Shown here: in pieces, positions 20,518-30,585 of the stretch | Layout: each line of letters begins with the position of its first letter | Numbering within the stretch: the stretch's first letter is position 1 | Assembly (NCBI GenBank): GCA_963741955.1 | Contig: CAVUKB010000010.1 | Coordinates: forward strand, 504,260 to 568,259 | Direction of reading: 5' to 3' | Length of the DNA: 64,000 nucleotides | Source: an uncultured Acidobacteriota bacterium | Lineage (GTDB): Bacteria > Acidobacteriota > Thermoanaerobaculia > Gp7-AA8 | Notes under the pieces: model-generated | Told to the model about the DNA's origin: nothing | Database searches by the model: none | What the model saw: only the letters and a program-made list of their open reading frames with translations | Program-made: the position numbers and the translations under genes

Positions 20518-22995
20518 GCCGGGCTCACCGCCCCTCGCATTTTCCAGACGCCTGCGGAGCGGGAACGCGATGGTCGCCAGCACCGCCGCAGCCGCGAAGA
20601 ATGGCGCGGGAACGATTCCCCCCGTGAGCGCTGCGAGGGAGAGCGCGATCACGTTGAAGATGATCGCCAGCCGGATCCGCTTCCGGATCGAGCCGATCAT
20701 CGCACGGGCGGTCTCGCAGATCTCGGCGAGGATTCCCGGCTCTTCGCCGGTGATGATCATGTCCGCGTCGAGATTCGATGCCGCCGGGCCGAATGCGATC
20801 CCGAGATCGGTCGCAGCGAGAAACTGAAGATCTCGAGGATCGGCGCTGACGCCGGCAACCGGCGACTCGCGCCGGAGAGACGTCGCGATCTCGATCCGTC
20901 GTCCGGACGATGCGGCGGCGGTGAAGGCGGCGATCCCTGCTGCGGATGCAATCGCACCCGCAGTCGCCACGTCTTCACCGGAGAGAATACGCGGTTCGAA
21001 TCCGAGGGCTTCGATCCGGTGCATCGCGGCGGGAGCCGCGGGACGGGCGGCGTCCGACACGACGATCAGCCCCGACAGCTGCTGCTCGATGGCGATGCCG
21101 ATCGTGTTCTTCCCCGCTGCCGTGAAGCCGGCGAGCTCTTCGGAGATTCCGCTGACGTCGATCCCCTCGGCGGCGAGAAATTCAATCCGGCCGACCCGCA
21201 CCGTCCGTCCGTCGACCACCGAACGCACTCCTTTTCCTTCGCTGCCGTGGTAATCCCGGCGCTCGGCACCCGCCGCGACCGCGTTCCCTCGTGACGCGAT
21301 CGCTCGCGCGACCGGATGATCGGCATTCTCTGCCGCAGCGGAAGCGACGCGGAGAAGCTCGCTCTGGCTGATGCCGCCGAGAAGCACGTACTCGGTGACG
21401 CGAGGATTCCCTCCCGTGATCACGCCACGCGGGCGCAGCAGGAGAGCCTGGACGCGACCGAGCACGTCGTAGCAGCTCGCGCTGCGCGCGTACACTCCGA
21501 TCTCCGTCCCACGGCGGAGTGCCGCGTCGTGAAATGCTGCCGAAACGAGTGAGACTGCACGCGGCGCCACCGCGACGAGGACCGCGGCGAACGCGGCGAT
21601 GGCATACGACCACGGATGCGCCGGTGTGAGGATCGCCCATCCGGCAAGTGCAGCCGGCGCCAGCAGCGCCGTTGCCACCATCAACGCACGCGACGCCTTC
21701 ATCTCCGCCGGGCCGACGGGGCGTGAGAGCACCGCCGCCATTCGTTTGTGCATCGTCTCGTTCGCCGCCGCCGTAACGCGTACTCGCAGTGTTCCTTCGA
21801 CGATCCGGCAACCGGAGAAGAGCGGGTCACCGGTCGACTTCGAGACGGCGTTCGGCTCGCCGGCCGTCATCTCTTCGACACGCGCTTCCCCCTCCACCAC
21901 CGTCCCGTCGATCCACGCCTGGTCACCTTTGCGCAGCTCGACGACGTCGTCCGTCGAGATCTCCGCAGCGGGAACCTCGACGACACGATCTCCTTTCACC
22001 AGGCGCGTCTCGCCGCCGTCGAGCTTCGCGAACCGATTGCTCCAGGAAGCTGCGCGCTGCCGCGCCGTCGTGTCGGCCCTCACTGCAATCAGCCACACCA
22101 GTACCAGCCACGAAGCGGTGACATAGTGCAGCCCGGTCACGACTCCCGCGTCTGGCGCGAGGAGCGAAACGAAGGTTTGGGCCATCGAGGCCAGCAGCAG
22201 AGTCGCAACCGACACGGTGTACAGCAATCCGGCGGAGATCCGCCCTCTCCGCAGTGACGCCCATCCTACGATCGCAGCGTCCTTCATCAGCCATCCGAGG
22301 AGGAGAGCGATCGCGATCAGGGCGCCGCCCGCGACTCCCGCGCGAAGAAGTCCGAGCGAAGGCCAGGACGAGAGTGCCGCCGTTCGGATCCAGGCGTATG
22401 CGGCTCCGGAATCGCCGAATGTCGCGAGCGACACTTCGAGCAGAGTCGCACCGCCGGCTGCGAGGAACGCGAGGATGATCGCGCCCCACCCGATTCCGCT
22501 CCGGACTTTCTGTTCTTTGTCGACTGCGGCGTAGCCCGATCTCCGGATTGCGGCGTGAATCGCCTGGATGTCGGTCTGAACCGGATCGTACTCGACGAGG
22601 ATCTCGTCGCGGAGAAGGTCGATCTCGACCGCGCTGACACCGTGGAGCGATTCGATCGACCGCCGGATGGAAAGAGCGTCGGGAGCGTCGAAGGAGACGC
22701 CGCGGAGGTGAAGGCGAGTCCTTGATCGGCCGGGATCGAATCCGGCCGATTCGATCAGCGGCAGGAGTGACGGGAGGGCTTTTTCATCGTCCAGAGAAAG
22801 GGTCGCCTGCTGCTGGAAGAGGCTGACCCGGATGGACCGGACTCCCGGTTCGCTCCCCAGTCTCGTCTCGAGCCGGCGCGCGCAGCACTGGCAATCGAGG
22901 CCTGGAAGCGAGAGGGTGAGCGTGACGGCCTTGGCTCCGGAGTCGTTCGCTCGAGGATCAGTCTGCCTGTGCATGTCAGCGCTGGTGCTTCGCAT
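20509..22995 (-). CDS. P1B-type (heavy-metal) ATPase homologue with degenerate catalytic motifs
   Basis: Two HMA domains, TM, A, P and N domains are collinear with CopA-type ATPases, but DKTGT=RPRGV, CPC=APR, TGE=AGE and GDGIND=SADPRD. Confidence 0.8.
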   Translation of the reverse strand: MRSTSADMHRQTDPRANDSGAKAVTLTLSLPGLDCQCCARRLETRLGSEPGVRSIRVSLFQQQATLSLDDEKALPSLLPLIESAGFDPGRSRTRLHLRGVSFDAPDALSIRRSIESLHGVSAVEIDLLRDEILVEYDPVQTDIQAIHAAIRRSGYAAVDKEQKVRSGIGWGAIILAFLAAGGATLLEVSLATFGDSGAAYAWIRTAALSSWPSLGLLRAGVAGGALIAIALLLGWLMKDAAIVGWASLRRGRISAGLLYTVSVATLLLASMAQTFVSLLAPDAGVVTGLHYVTASWLVLVWLIAVRADTTARQRAASWSNRFAKLDGGETRLVKGDRVVEVPAAEISTDDVVELRKGDQAWIDGTVVEGEARVEEMTAGEPNAVSKSTGDPLFSGCRIVEGTLRVRVTAAANETMHKRMAAVLSRPVGPAEMKASRALMVATALLAPAALAGWAILTPAHPWSYAIAAFAAVLVAVAPRAVSLVSAAFHDAALRRGTEIGVYARSASCYDVLGRVQALLLRPRGVITGGNPRVTEYVLLGGISQSELLRVASAAAENADHPVARAIASRGNAVAAGAERRDYHGSEGKGVRSVVDGRTVRVGRIEFLAAEGIDVSGISEELAGFTAAGKNTIGIAIEQQLSGLIVVSDAARPAAPAAMHRIEALGFEPRILSGEDVATAGAIASAAGIAAFTAAASSGRRIEIATSLRRESPVAGVSADPRDLQFLAATDLGIAFGPAASNLDADMIITGEEPGILAEICETARAMIGSIRKRIRLAIIFNVIALSLAALTGGIVPAPFFAAAAVLATIAFPLRRRLENARGGEPGSA

Positions 22996-23087
22996 TCAAC
23001 CACGACCTGATGTTATTTGTGGCATTTGTCTAGCACCGTTTTCTCCAGAGCACGAAGTCGTGTGCCCGGCCGTGGAGGGAGGATTAA

Positions 23088-23300
23088 ATGCGAATAGAAG
23101 AGACAAATCAAATTCTGAAAGATGCGAAGCAGCGGGGACATTCCGTCCACGAGCAGAAGGGAACGGGAGCGCGGTTTTCCGAGGCGCTCCACAACCGTGG
23201 CGTGCAATCGGCTCTGACGGTGGCAGGTGTCGCTGCGGTGGTCGGACTCGGAAGCTGGTTGGCGCGATCGCGACGACCGCGACCCTGGTACGAGATCTGA
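23088..23300 (+). CDS. Small protein with a C-terminal TM anchor
   Basis: GGAGGA RBS; possible sigma54 element TGGCATTTGTCTAGCA at 23020-23035. Confidence 0.6.
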   Translation: MRIEETNQILKDAKQRGHSVHEQKGTGARFSEALHNRGVQSALTVAGVAAVVGLGSWLARSRRPRPWYEI

Positions 23301-23334
23301 CGGACGGCGAAGGACCACTCGCGGCCTCGGCGTG

Positions 23335-24645
23335 TCATGGCTCTCCGCTCCTCCTGGTGACCAGAACCCACCTCACTCTGTACCGCTCACCTTCGAGGAC
23401 TTCGAGGGTCAGATCGCCGAGGTCGACCCGATCCCCGGGGGAGACCTCGCGTCCCAGTGTGGCCGCGACATATCCACCGATCGTTTCTTCGGGAGGCTCG
23501 CCGACGTCGATCTTGAGCCGGTCCGCCAGATCTTCGATCAGGTAGTCGCCGCGGATCCGGTAGCGGCCCTCGCCGAGACGCTCGACCTCGAGCCTCTCAC
23601 GATCGAATTCGTCCTGAATCTGCCCGAAGAGCTCTTCGGTGATGTTCTCCATCGAAACGATGCCGGATGCACCGCCATACTCGTCGAGGATCACCGCGAG
23701 ATGGGTCCGGTGGTCGAGGAACTGGTGGAGGAGGTTCTCGACCGTGGTGTTCTCCGGAACGAAGAGCGCCTCCCTCTTGAGGTCCATCAGCGTGCGACCC
23801 GGACCTTTGAGCTGGGCAAGAAAGAGGTCCTTCACGTGGATGATCCCGACGACGTGATCGAGGTCGCCGTTGCAGAGTGGATAGCGGGTATGTCCGGTTT
23901 TGAGAATGGTGTCGAGATTCTCTTCGATGCTTCGGGTGACCGAGAGTATCACCACGTCCGTCCGCGGAACCATGATCTGACGCGCCGTCCGTCGCGAGAA
24001 CTGGAAGACGCCTTCAATGATCTCGAGGTTCGGCTCGGAGAGGATTCCCGCCTGTTCCGAATGGGCCAGGATCAGGCGCAGCTCTTCCTGCGAATGAGCC
24101 ACTTCGGCCTCACTTGCCGGGCGGATCCCGATCGTTCGGAGGACGAGATTGGAGAAACTGTTCAGGACGAAGATCGCGGGATACATCACGACGTAGAAGG
24201 CGTGGAGTGGGTGAGCGATCCAGAGGGCGGAGCTCACTGGTTTCTGGATTGCGAGGGACTTCGGTGCGAGCTCGCCGAACACGATATGGAGCACGGTGAT
24301 GATCAGGAACGCGACTGACGCTGCGATGGAGTGAGCGACCGGGACGGCGAACGCTCCGAGCCGGACGAACCACGGCACGAGGAGGGAGGCGAACGCCGGT
24401 TCACCGATCCAGCCGAGAGCCAGGGATGCGAGCGTGATTCCGAGCTGGGTGGCCGAGAGATAGACATCCAGACGGCGGGTCAGGCGGAGTGCCATCTTCG
24501 CACGGGGGTCGTTCTTCGCCGCGAGCTCTGTGAGCTGCGTCGGCCGAACCTTCACGATCGCGAATTCGGCGGCGACGAAATAACCGTTGGCCAGGACGAA
24601 GAAAAAGGCCAGGACGAGATACCAGGCGCTCATTGGAGAGGCCAT
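23335..24645 (-). CDS. HlyC/CorC (CNNM-CBS-CorC) family transporter
   Basis: NGYFVAAEFAIV, QLGITLASLALGWIGEP, GELAPK, tandem CBS domains, DEYGG. Confidence 0.93.
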   Translation of the reverse strand: MASPMSAWYLVLAFFFVLANGYFVAAEFAIVKVRPTQLTELAAKNDPRAKMALRLTRRLDVYLSATQLGITLASLALGWIGEPAFASLLVPWFVRLGAFAVPVAHSIAASVAFLIITVLHIVFGELAPKSLAIQKPVSSALWIAHPLHAFYVVMYPAIFVLNSFSNLVLRTIGIRPASEAEVAHSQEELRLILAHSEQAGILSEPNLEIIEGVFQFSRRTARQIMVPRTDVVILSVTRSIEENLDTILKTGHTRYPLCNGDLDHVVGIIHVKDLFLAQLKGPGRTLMDLKREALFVPENTTVENLLHQFLDHRTHLAVILDEYGGASGIVSMENITEELFGQIQDEFDRERLEVERLGEGRYRIRGDYLIEDLADRLKIDVGEPPEETIGGYVAATLGREVSPGDRVDLGDLTLEVLEGERYRVRWVLVTRRSGEP

Positions 24646-24679
24646 TGTAACGGGTTGCGCGGGTTTGGAGGTTCAGGCC

Positions 24680-25954
24680 TCAGCTGACCTGACTCCCCCT
24701 GATCTCATCCAGCGTTCGCCAGAACCGCGGATACGATTTCGACACTACCTGATCGTGGTCGATGGTCACGTTACCGCGCGCGAGGCCGGAGATCGCGAAC
24801 GCCATGGCGATTCGATGATCTTCGTGCGGGTCGATGGTGGCGGGGTCGTCGTTCCATCCCGGCTCGATCCGGAGGGAATCGGCTCCTTCGACGACGGTCA
24901 CGCCGAGCTTCCGAAGCTCGGACGCGATCACGGCGATCCGGTCCGATTCCTTGATCCGCAGATTCGCGATATTCACGATCTCGACCGGAGAGGAGGCGAG
25001 AGGGGCAATCGCCGCGAGGGTCGGAACGACATCCGGGATGTCGCCGAGGTCGAATCGTCCGCCCTTCAGCGGCGACTTCGATTGCACGGTGACGACGGTT
25101 CCTTCGCGGCTGACCGCGACGCCCATGCTCTGGAGGAGGTCGAGAAACCGCCGGTCGCCCTGCGCGGAATCGGCGCGGAGGCCGGACACACGTACGGTCC
25201 CACCGGTCGCGATCGCGGCTGCGAACCAGTACGAAGCCGACGAGTAGTCGCCTTCGACTTCGTAGTGGTTGCACTGAAGGCGGGAAGGTTCGACACGGTA
25301 ATGGTCGGAAGCGATCTCTCGCACCGTCGCACCGAAATCGCGGAGGATGCGCGCGGTGATCTCGAGATACGGGCGGGAAACGAGAGAGCGGAGGCGGAGA
25401 TCGAGCCCGTCCGGCAGAGCGGCACCCGCCATCATCAGCGCGGAAGCGAACTGGCTCGAGAGCCCTGCGTCGAGGACGACCTCGAAACCACCACGCATCT
25501 TCCTTCCGCGGATTCGTAGCGGCGGGAACCCTTCCTCACCCGCGTACTCCAGCTCCGTTCCGATCGAGACGAGAGCGTCCACGAGCCCTCCGATCGGCCG
25601 CTGGAGCATCCGCGACTCACCAGTGATCAGATATCGCCCGGGAGTGAACGCGAGAAACCCGGTCAGAAATCTCATCGCGGTACCGGCGTTCCCGACGAAG
25701 ATCTCGACCTCGTTGGCAGACATGCTGATGCGTTCTCCGATCGTGATCGCGTCGCGAAACGATCCGGAGACCTCGAAACCGGCTTTCCGGATCGCCTCGA
25801 GCATGTAGCGCGGATCGTCGCCATCGAGCGGATGCACCACGGTGGTCGGCCCCTCCGTCATCGCCGCCAGGAGCAGTGCCCGGGCGGTGACCGATTTCGA
25901 CGGCGGAGCGGCGACGTCAGCATCGAGTGGAGAAGTGCGTTCGATCTTTTTCAT
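24680..25954 (-). CDS. aroA: 3-phosphoshikimate 1-carboxyvinyltransferase
   Basis: PPSKS, GNAGTAMRF, SSQFAS, LRIKESDR, DHRIAMAF and KSYP motifs. Confidence 0.96.
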   Translation of the reverse strand: MKKIERTSPLDADVAAPPSKSVTARALLLAAMTEGPTTVVHPLDGDDPRYMLEAIRKAGFEVSGSFRDAITIGERISMSANEVEIFVGNAGTAMRFLTGFLAFTPGRYLITGESRMLQRPIGGLVDALVSIGTELEYAGEEGFPPLRIRGRKMRGGFEVVLDAGLSSQFASALMMAGAALPDGLDLRLRSLVSRPYLEITARILRDFGATVREIASDHYRVEPSRLQCNHYEVEGDYSSASYWFAAAIATGGTVRVSGLRADSAQGDRRFLDLLQSMGVAVSREGTVVTVQSKSPLKGGRFDLGDIPDVVPTLAAIAPLASSPVEIVNIANLRIKESDRIAVIASELRKLGVTVVEGADSLRIEPGWNDDPATIDPHEDHRIAMAFAISGLARGNVTIDHDQVVSKSYPRFWRTLDEIRGSQVS

Positions 25955-26718
25955 GGAAGCTCGAGTGTGAGACCGTCCCAGGCGAGACCAAAGCCGTCCG
26001 GGAGCGTGGCGTCGACGGTCTGATGGTCGACGTCGTGTGCGATGTGGATGAGCCAGGTCTGGCGTGCGTTCACCACTCGCGCCTGTTCGACGGCTTCCGG
26101 AATGGTGAAGTGCGTCGGGTGGTGCGGACGGACCCGAAGTCCGTCAATGGCGAGCGTATCAATCCCGTCGAGAAGCGCGAGCGACGAATCAGGAATCCCG
26201 TTGGTGTCGGTGATGTAGGCGAAGGAACCGATCCGGTACCCGAGGATGGTCCAGTCGCCGTGACGCACCGGGATCGGAACGACCTCGATCCCTTCATGTG
26301 CGAACGGCTGCTCCACCTCGTTCAGGATGAGCTTCGGTTTTCCTCCTCCTTCCTGCGCCCGTTCATCCCAGATGTACGAGAATGCGCGACGGATGGCTTT
26401 GGCCGTCAGTGGACTGGCGTACGCGGTCATCGGTTTGCGATGGAAGAAGTTGAAAGGCCGGATGTCGTCCAGCCCCATGATGTGGTCGGAATGGGAGTGG
26501 GTAAAGAGGATGAAATCGAGGTGCGGAATCGGATCGCGGAGGAGCTGGATGCGGAGATCCGGAGTGGTGTCGATGAGGATGTGCCGGCCGCCGATCTCGA
26601 TCTTCAGCGATTGGCGGAGGCGCTGATTCTTCGGGTCTTTCGACGTGCAGACGTCGCAGTGGCAGCCGACCACCGGCACGCCCGTCGAGGTTCCGGTACC
26701 GAGAAAAGTGACTTTCAT
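25951..26718 (-). CDS. MBL-fold metallo-hydrolase (PhnP-like)
   Basis: LGTGTSTGVP..GC.C..C and THSHSDH motifs. Confidence 0.92.
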   Translation of the reverse strand: MKVTFLGTGTSTGVPVVGCHCDVCTSKDPKNQRLRQSLKIEIGGRHILIDTTPDLRIQLLRDPIPHLDFILFTHSHSDHIMGLDDIRPFNFFHRKPMTAYASPLTAKAIRRAFSYIWDERAQEGGGKPKLILNEVEQPFAHEGIEVVPIPVRHGDWTILGYRIGSFAYITDTNGIPDSSLALLDGIDTLAIDGLRVRPHHPTHFTIPEAVEQARVVNARQTWLIHIAHDVDHQTVDATLPDGFGLAWDGLTLELP

Positions 26719-26724
26719 TCCTGA

Positions 26725-27450
26725 TCAGACGATGTAGTAGGAGTATTCGCCGCTCTCCGGCGAGATGACCATTGCTTCACCCTGCTCGAACCACGCCGGG
26801 AGCACTTCGACCGTAGCGTTCCCCGCGGGGAGTGTCAACTTGCGGTGGAAGTGACCGAAGACGACGACATCGACGTTCTCTTTCTCCTGGCGTGCACATC
26901 CATATGCCTCCATCAGCTCGACGGGAAGGCGTCGCTTGTGCTTGAAGTTCGTCTTCGAGAGCTTCTGTTCGACCGAGTCGACGAAACGACGAGCGAGAGG
27001 CTTCGGTACCAGGCGAACCGCGAAACGCATGAACGCGTTCTTGGACACCGCGCGCCAGAAACGATACGGCCAGTCGCGGTCGTTGATCATGTCGCCGTGG
27101 ACGATGAGAAACCGCTTTCCGCCCGCTTCGATCACTCTGCGAACGACGACCTCCGAGACCTGCGGCTCGGCTTCAGATCCTTTCACGAAGAAGTCGCGGT
27201 TCCCCTCGACGTAGTAGATCTCGATTCCGCGGTCGCGAAGCTCGCCGAGCTTGCGGAAAAAATTGCGAACGGGCGTGGTGTAGAACTTCGGATCTCCGAT
27301 GAAATAGTGAAACACGTCGCCGTTGAGGTAGAGCGCCTTCGGGGCAAGCGCCGCGAGACGCTCCAGCCACTCCACGATCTCGCGCTCGTCTCCCTCGGCC
27401 AGACCGATGTGCGAGTCGCCGATCACGAAGATCCATCCGGCGGGAGGCAT
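26725..27450 (-). CDS. lpxH: UDP-2,3-diacylglucosamine diphosphatase (LpxH-like)
   Basis: DSHIG, NGDVF, EGNRDF, HGD and FGHFH metallophosphoesterase motifs. Confidence 0.78.
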   Translation of the reverse strand: MPPAGWIFVIGDSHIGLAEGDEREIVEWLERLAALAPKALYLNGDVFHYFIGDPKFYTTPVRNFFRKLGELRDRGIEIYYVEGNRDFFVKGSEAEPQVSEVVVRRVIEAGGKRFLIVHGDMINDRDWPYRFWRAVSKNAFMRFAVRLVPKPLARRFVDSVEQKLSKTNFKHKRRLPVELMEAYGCARQEKENVDVVVFGHFHRKLTLPAGNATVEVLPAWFEQGEAMVISPESGEYSYYIV

Positions 27451-27956
27451 CACTGAGTCAGCTCCTCCAGCGCGCGTTGGAATTCGCGCAGTGCGTCGTG
27501 TCCGTAGAGACAGAAGACGACCCGTTCGAGATGGTGAGCGCGAGGGCGGAACGTCAGCGTCGTATCGAGCATGATCCGAGCGCATCGGGAGATCGGATAT
27601 CCGAAGATCCCGGTGGAGATCGCGGGAAATGCGACCGAGGAGAGCTGGAGCTCCTCCGCTTTTTCCAGCGAGGAAAGAGTTGCGCGCCGGAGCTTGTCGT
27701 CTTCGTCGCCTTCCCCCATCCGAGGACCGACGGCGTGGATCACGAACCTGGCCGGGAGATGTCCGGCGGAAGTGACCGCTGCTCCCCCGACCGGCACGAA
27801 TCCGATGCGGTCGCTCTCCTGCTGGATCGCCGGGCCCCCTTTCCGGGAGATCGCTCCGGCGACGCCTCCACCGTGCTGAAGTTGCGAGTTCGCGGGGTTG
27901 ACGATCGCGTCGACGTGGAGGGTGGTGATGTCGCCCTCCATGAGCTCGATCTTCAT
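27450..27956 (-). CDS. Macro domain protein (YmdB-like ADP-ribose hydrolase)
   Basis: [27 protein letters not shown] and [13 protein letters not shown] motifs. Confidence 0.93.
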   Translation of the reverse strand: MKIELMEGDITTLHVDAIVNPANSQLQHGGGVAGAISRKGGPAIQQESDRIGFVPVGGAAVTSAGHLPARFVIHAVGPRMGEGDEDDKLRRATLSSLEKAEELQLSSVAFPAISTGIFGYPISRCARIMLDTTLTFRPRAHHLERVVFCLYGHDALREFQRALEELTQ

Positions 27957-27958
27957 GC

Positions 27959-28999
27959 TCAGAGGCTCACTTTCAGGTTCGCCCGTGGGTTCTCCGGGTA
28001 GCATTGATCGATCCGATCCACCGCATCGGCGGCATCGGCGTTCAACGATTTCGGGATGGCGATCTGAACCCGGTAGTAATGATCGCCGCGCGCGCCCTTC
28101 CCCTTCTTCACGCCCTTGCCCGAGAGGCGGAATGTCTGTCCGCCCTGCGTTCCCGCGGGGATCTTTGCCCGGACCGGACCGTGGATGGTCGGGACCTCGA
28201 TCTCCGCCCCGTGCACGGCTTCGCCGATGGTGATGGGAAGCTCGACGTGAATGTCGTCGCCCCGCCGCTCGAAGAAGGGATGCGGTCGGACGTGGATCAG
28301 CACGATCAGGTCGCCGGGAGGCGCACCGGCACTTCCGGCCGAACCCTTCCCTCGAAGGCGGATTCGCTGGCCATCGCGAACGCCTTCAGGGATTTTAGCT
28401 CTCACTGTTTCGCGGTGCGCCACCACCCCCGATCCGTGGCAGGTGGGGCAGACCTTACTGTTCACATTTCCGAGTCCCTCGCACGTGGGGCACTCCTTCT
28501 GGCGCTGGATTGCGAGCTGGACCGTGGTTCCGTGGACGGCGTCACGAAAGTCGATCGTGGTCGACGCTTCGATGTCGGTTCCGGCGCGGGGAGCATTCTC
28601 GAACGGCTGCCTTCCGCCGAACAGATCGGAGAAGAGATCCGTGAAATCGGCCGTGCTCGCGGTCCGGCGTCCTCCGCGGCGTCCGCCGCCTCCGGTGAAT
28701 TGCGAGAAGTCGAAGTTGAAACCGTACGGCCCCTGTCCGGCGCCCTGGCCGCCGAACGGACCTCCGGGGCCGAAGTGGAAGGCCTCCCGACCCATCCGGT
28801 CGTACTGCTCGCGTTTTTCCTTGTCGCCGAGGATCGCGTAAGCCTCGCTGATCTCCTTGAAACTGGCTTCTGCTTCCTTATTGTCGGGATTCACGTCGGG
28901 GTGGTACTTGCGGGCGAGCTTTCGATAGGCTTTCTTGATCTCATCCTCGGATGCGTCTTTTTTCACTCCGAGGATGTCGTAGTAGCTTCGATCAGCCAT
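27959..28999 (-). CDS. DnaJ-family co-chaperone with a reduced zinc finger
   Basis: J domain with HPD, G/F-rich linker, only two CxxCxGxG repeats, C-terminal substrate domain. Confidence 0.9.
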   Translation of the reverse strand: MADRSYYDILGVKKDASEDEIKKAYRKLARKYHPDVNPDNKEAEASFKEISEAYAILGDKEKREQYDRMGREAFHFGPGGPFGGQGAGQGPYGFNFDFSQFTGGGGRRGGRRTASTADFTDLFSDLFGGRQPFENAPRAGTDIEASTTIDFRDAVHGTTVQLAIQRQKECPTCEGLGNVNSKVCPTCHGSGVVAHRETVRAKIPEGVRDGQRIRLRGKGSAGSAGAPPGDLIVLIHVRPHPFFERRGDDIHVELPITIGEAVHGAEIEVPTIHGPVRAKIPAGTQGGQTFRLSGKGVKKGKGARGDHYYRVQIAIPKSLNADAADAVDRIDQCYPENPRANLKVSL

Positions 29000-29211
29000 G
29001 GCGCAGATTAGAACACAATTTTCGGGCCGAATATTGACGAGAAGGGCGGGTGAGCCCATGTCTTGCATAACGGCTACAGGGTTGGTGGAGTCATCGGCCC
29101 GTCGCTCTCGATGCACGATTCCGGCCCGCTCGGGTCAGGTCTTCATCTTTTTCTCGTGCAGACCGGCCAATGCGCTTACGATGGAAATCCGATTGAAATT
29201 CGACGAGACGG

Positions 29212-30504
29212 GTGGACGCAATGCAGGGAGCACTGGCGCGTAGAAATGTTCTGACCATGATCCTCGCCGGAGGCATGGGTGAGAGGCTCTATCCCCTCAC
29301 CCGGGACCGCGCCAAGCCCGCCGTCCCGTTCGGAGGGCGATACCGGATCATCGATTTCGTTCTGAACAACTTCATCAACTCCGGCTTTTTCAAGATCAAA
29401 GTGCTCACCCAGTTCAAATCGAACTCGCTCATCGAGCACGTCACGCGCACCTGGCGTCTGCCGTCCGAGATCGGACAGTACGTCGAAGTCGTTCCCGCTC
29501 AGATGAGAAAAGGGCCGTTCTGGTTCCGCGGAACGGCCGACGCGGTGTACCAGAACCTCGAGCTGATCTTCGACGAGAATCCGGAGTACGTGTGTGTCTT
29601 CGGCGGCGATCACATCTACAAGATGGACGTGAACCAGATGCTCGAGTTTCACGTCGACATGAACGCGGACCTGACCATCGCTACCGTACCGGTCCACATT
29701 TCACAGGCGCACCATTTCGGGATCGTGGAGATCGACGAACGCTTCCGGGTCACCGGGTTCGTCGAAAAACCGAAGCATGGCGCGAAGACGATTCCCGGCC
29801 GGCCGGACACGGTCCTCGCATCGATGGGGAATTACATCTTCACATCCAAGGTGATGACCGACGTTCTGGAGCGCAATGCACTGCGCGACGCCGCGCACGA
29901 TTTCGGGAAGGAGATCATTCCGCAGATGTACGACGGGATGGATGTCTACGCCTACGACTTCGGGACCAACATGGTTCCCGGCGAGACGCCGGAGTCGCAT
30001 GCCTACTGGCGCGATGTCGGGACCGTCGAGTCGTACTTCGAGGCGTCGATGGATCTGATTGCGGTGACGCCGCCCTTCAGCCTCTACAACTCGCGATGGC
30101 CGTTCAAGACGGCACCGCTGAATCTTCCTCCCGCGAAATTCGTTTTCGCGGACGCCGAGCAGAGACGGATCGGCATCGCTACCGATTCGCTGGTCTCGTC
30201 CGGGGCGATCATTTCGGGAGGAAGCATCAACCGCACCATCGTCTTTCCCCGCGTACGCATCAATTCCTTCGCGGACGTCGACGAATCGATCCTGATGGAC
30301 GGAGTCGACGTCGGACGGCACTCCCGCATCCGGCGGGCGATCGTCGACAAGGGCGTTCACATCCCGCCGCACAGCGTGATCGGCTACGATCTCGAGCTCG
30401 ACCGGCAGCGGTTCACGGTGACCGACAGCGACATCGTCGTGGTTGCGAAAGGGACGGTGATCCAGCCTGAGACCGTCATGGCGGGCGCCGACCCCTCGAA
30501 CTGA
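29212..30504 (+). CDS. glgC: Glucose-1-phosphate adenylyltransferase
   Basis: LAGGMGERLYPLT..RAKPAVPFGG, GTADAV, GDHIYKMD, FVEKP and SMGNYIF; exact start uncertain (ATG 29221 possible). Confidence 0.96.
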   Translation: MDAMQGALARRNVLTMILAGGMGERLYPLTRDRAKPAVPFGGRYRIIDFVLNNFINSGFFKIKVLTQFKSNSLIEHVTRTWRLPSEIGQYVEVVPAQMRKGPFWFRGTADAVYQNLELIFDENPEYVCVFGGDHIYKMDVNQMLEFHVDMNADLTIATVPVHISQAHHFGIVEIDERFRVTGFVEKPKHGAKTIPGRPDTVLASMGNYIFTSKVMTDVLERNALRDAAHDFGKEIIPQMYDGMDVYAYDFGTNMVPGETPESHAYWRDVGTVESYFEASMDLIAVTPPFSLYNSRWPFKTAPLNLPPAKFVFADAEQRRIGIATDSLVSSGAIISGGSINRTIVFPRVRINSFADVDESILMDGVDVGRHSRIRRAIVDKGVHIPPHSVIGYDLELDRQRFTVTDSDIVVVAKGTVIQPETVMAGADPSN

Positions 30505-30585
30505 TAGAATGCGGCGCCGCTGCGCGCGCCGGCCGAGCCGACCTGCCGCACGAACGCGGACTCTCCAGACGAAGGACGTACTCCG

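Noticed and set aside
27450-27956. Macro domain as a DarG-type antitoxin or defence gene
   Set aside because: Single-domain YmdB-like protein in a housekeeping operon with no ADP-ribosyltransferase partner
29000-29210. CIRCE element upstream of the DnaJ-like gene
   Set aside because: TTAGAACAC only weakly resembles one arm and there is no matching GAGTGCTAA arm
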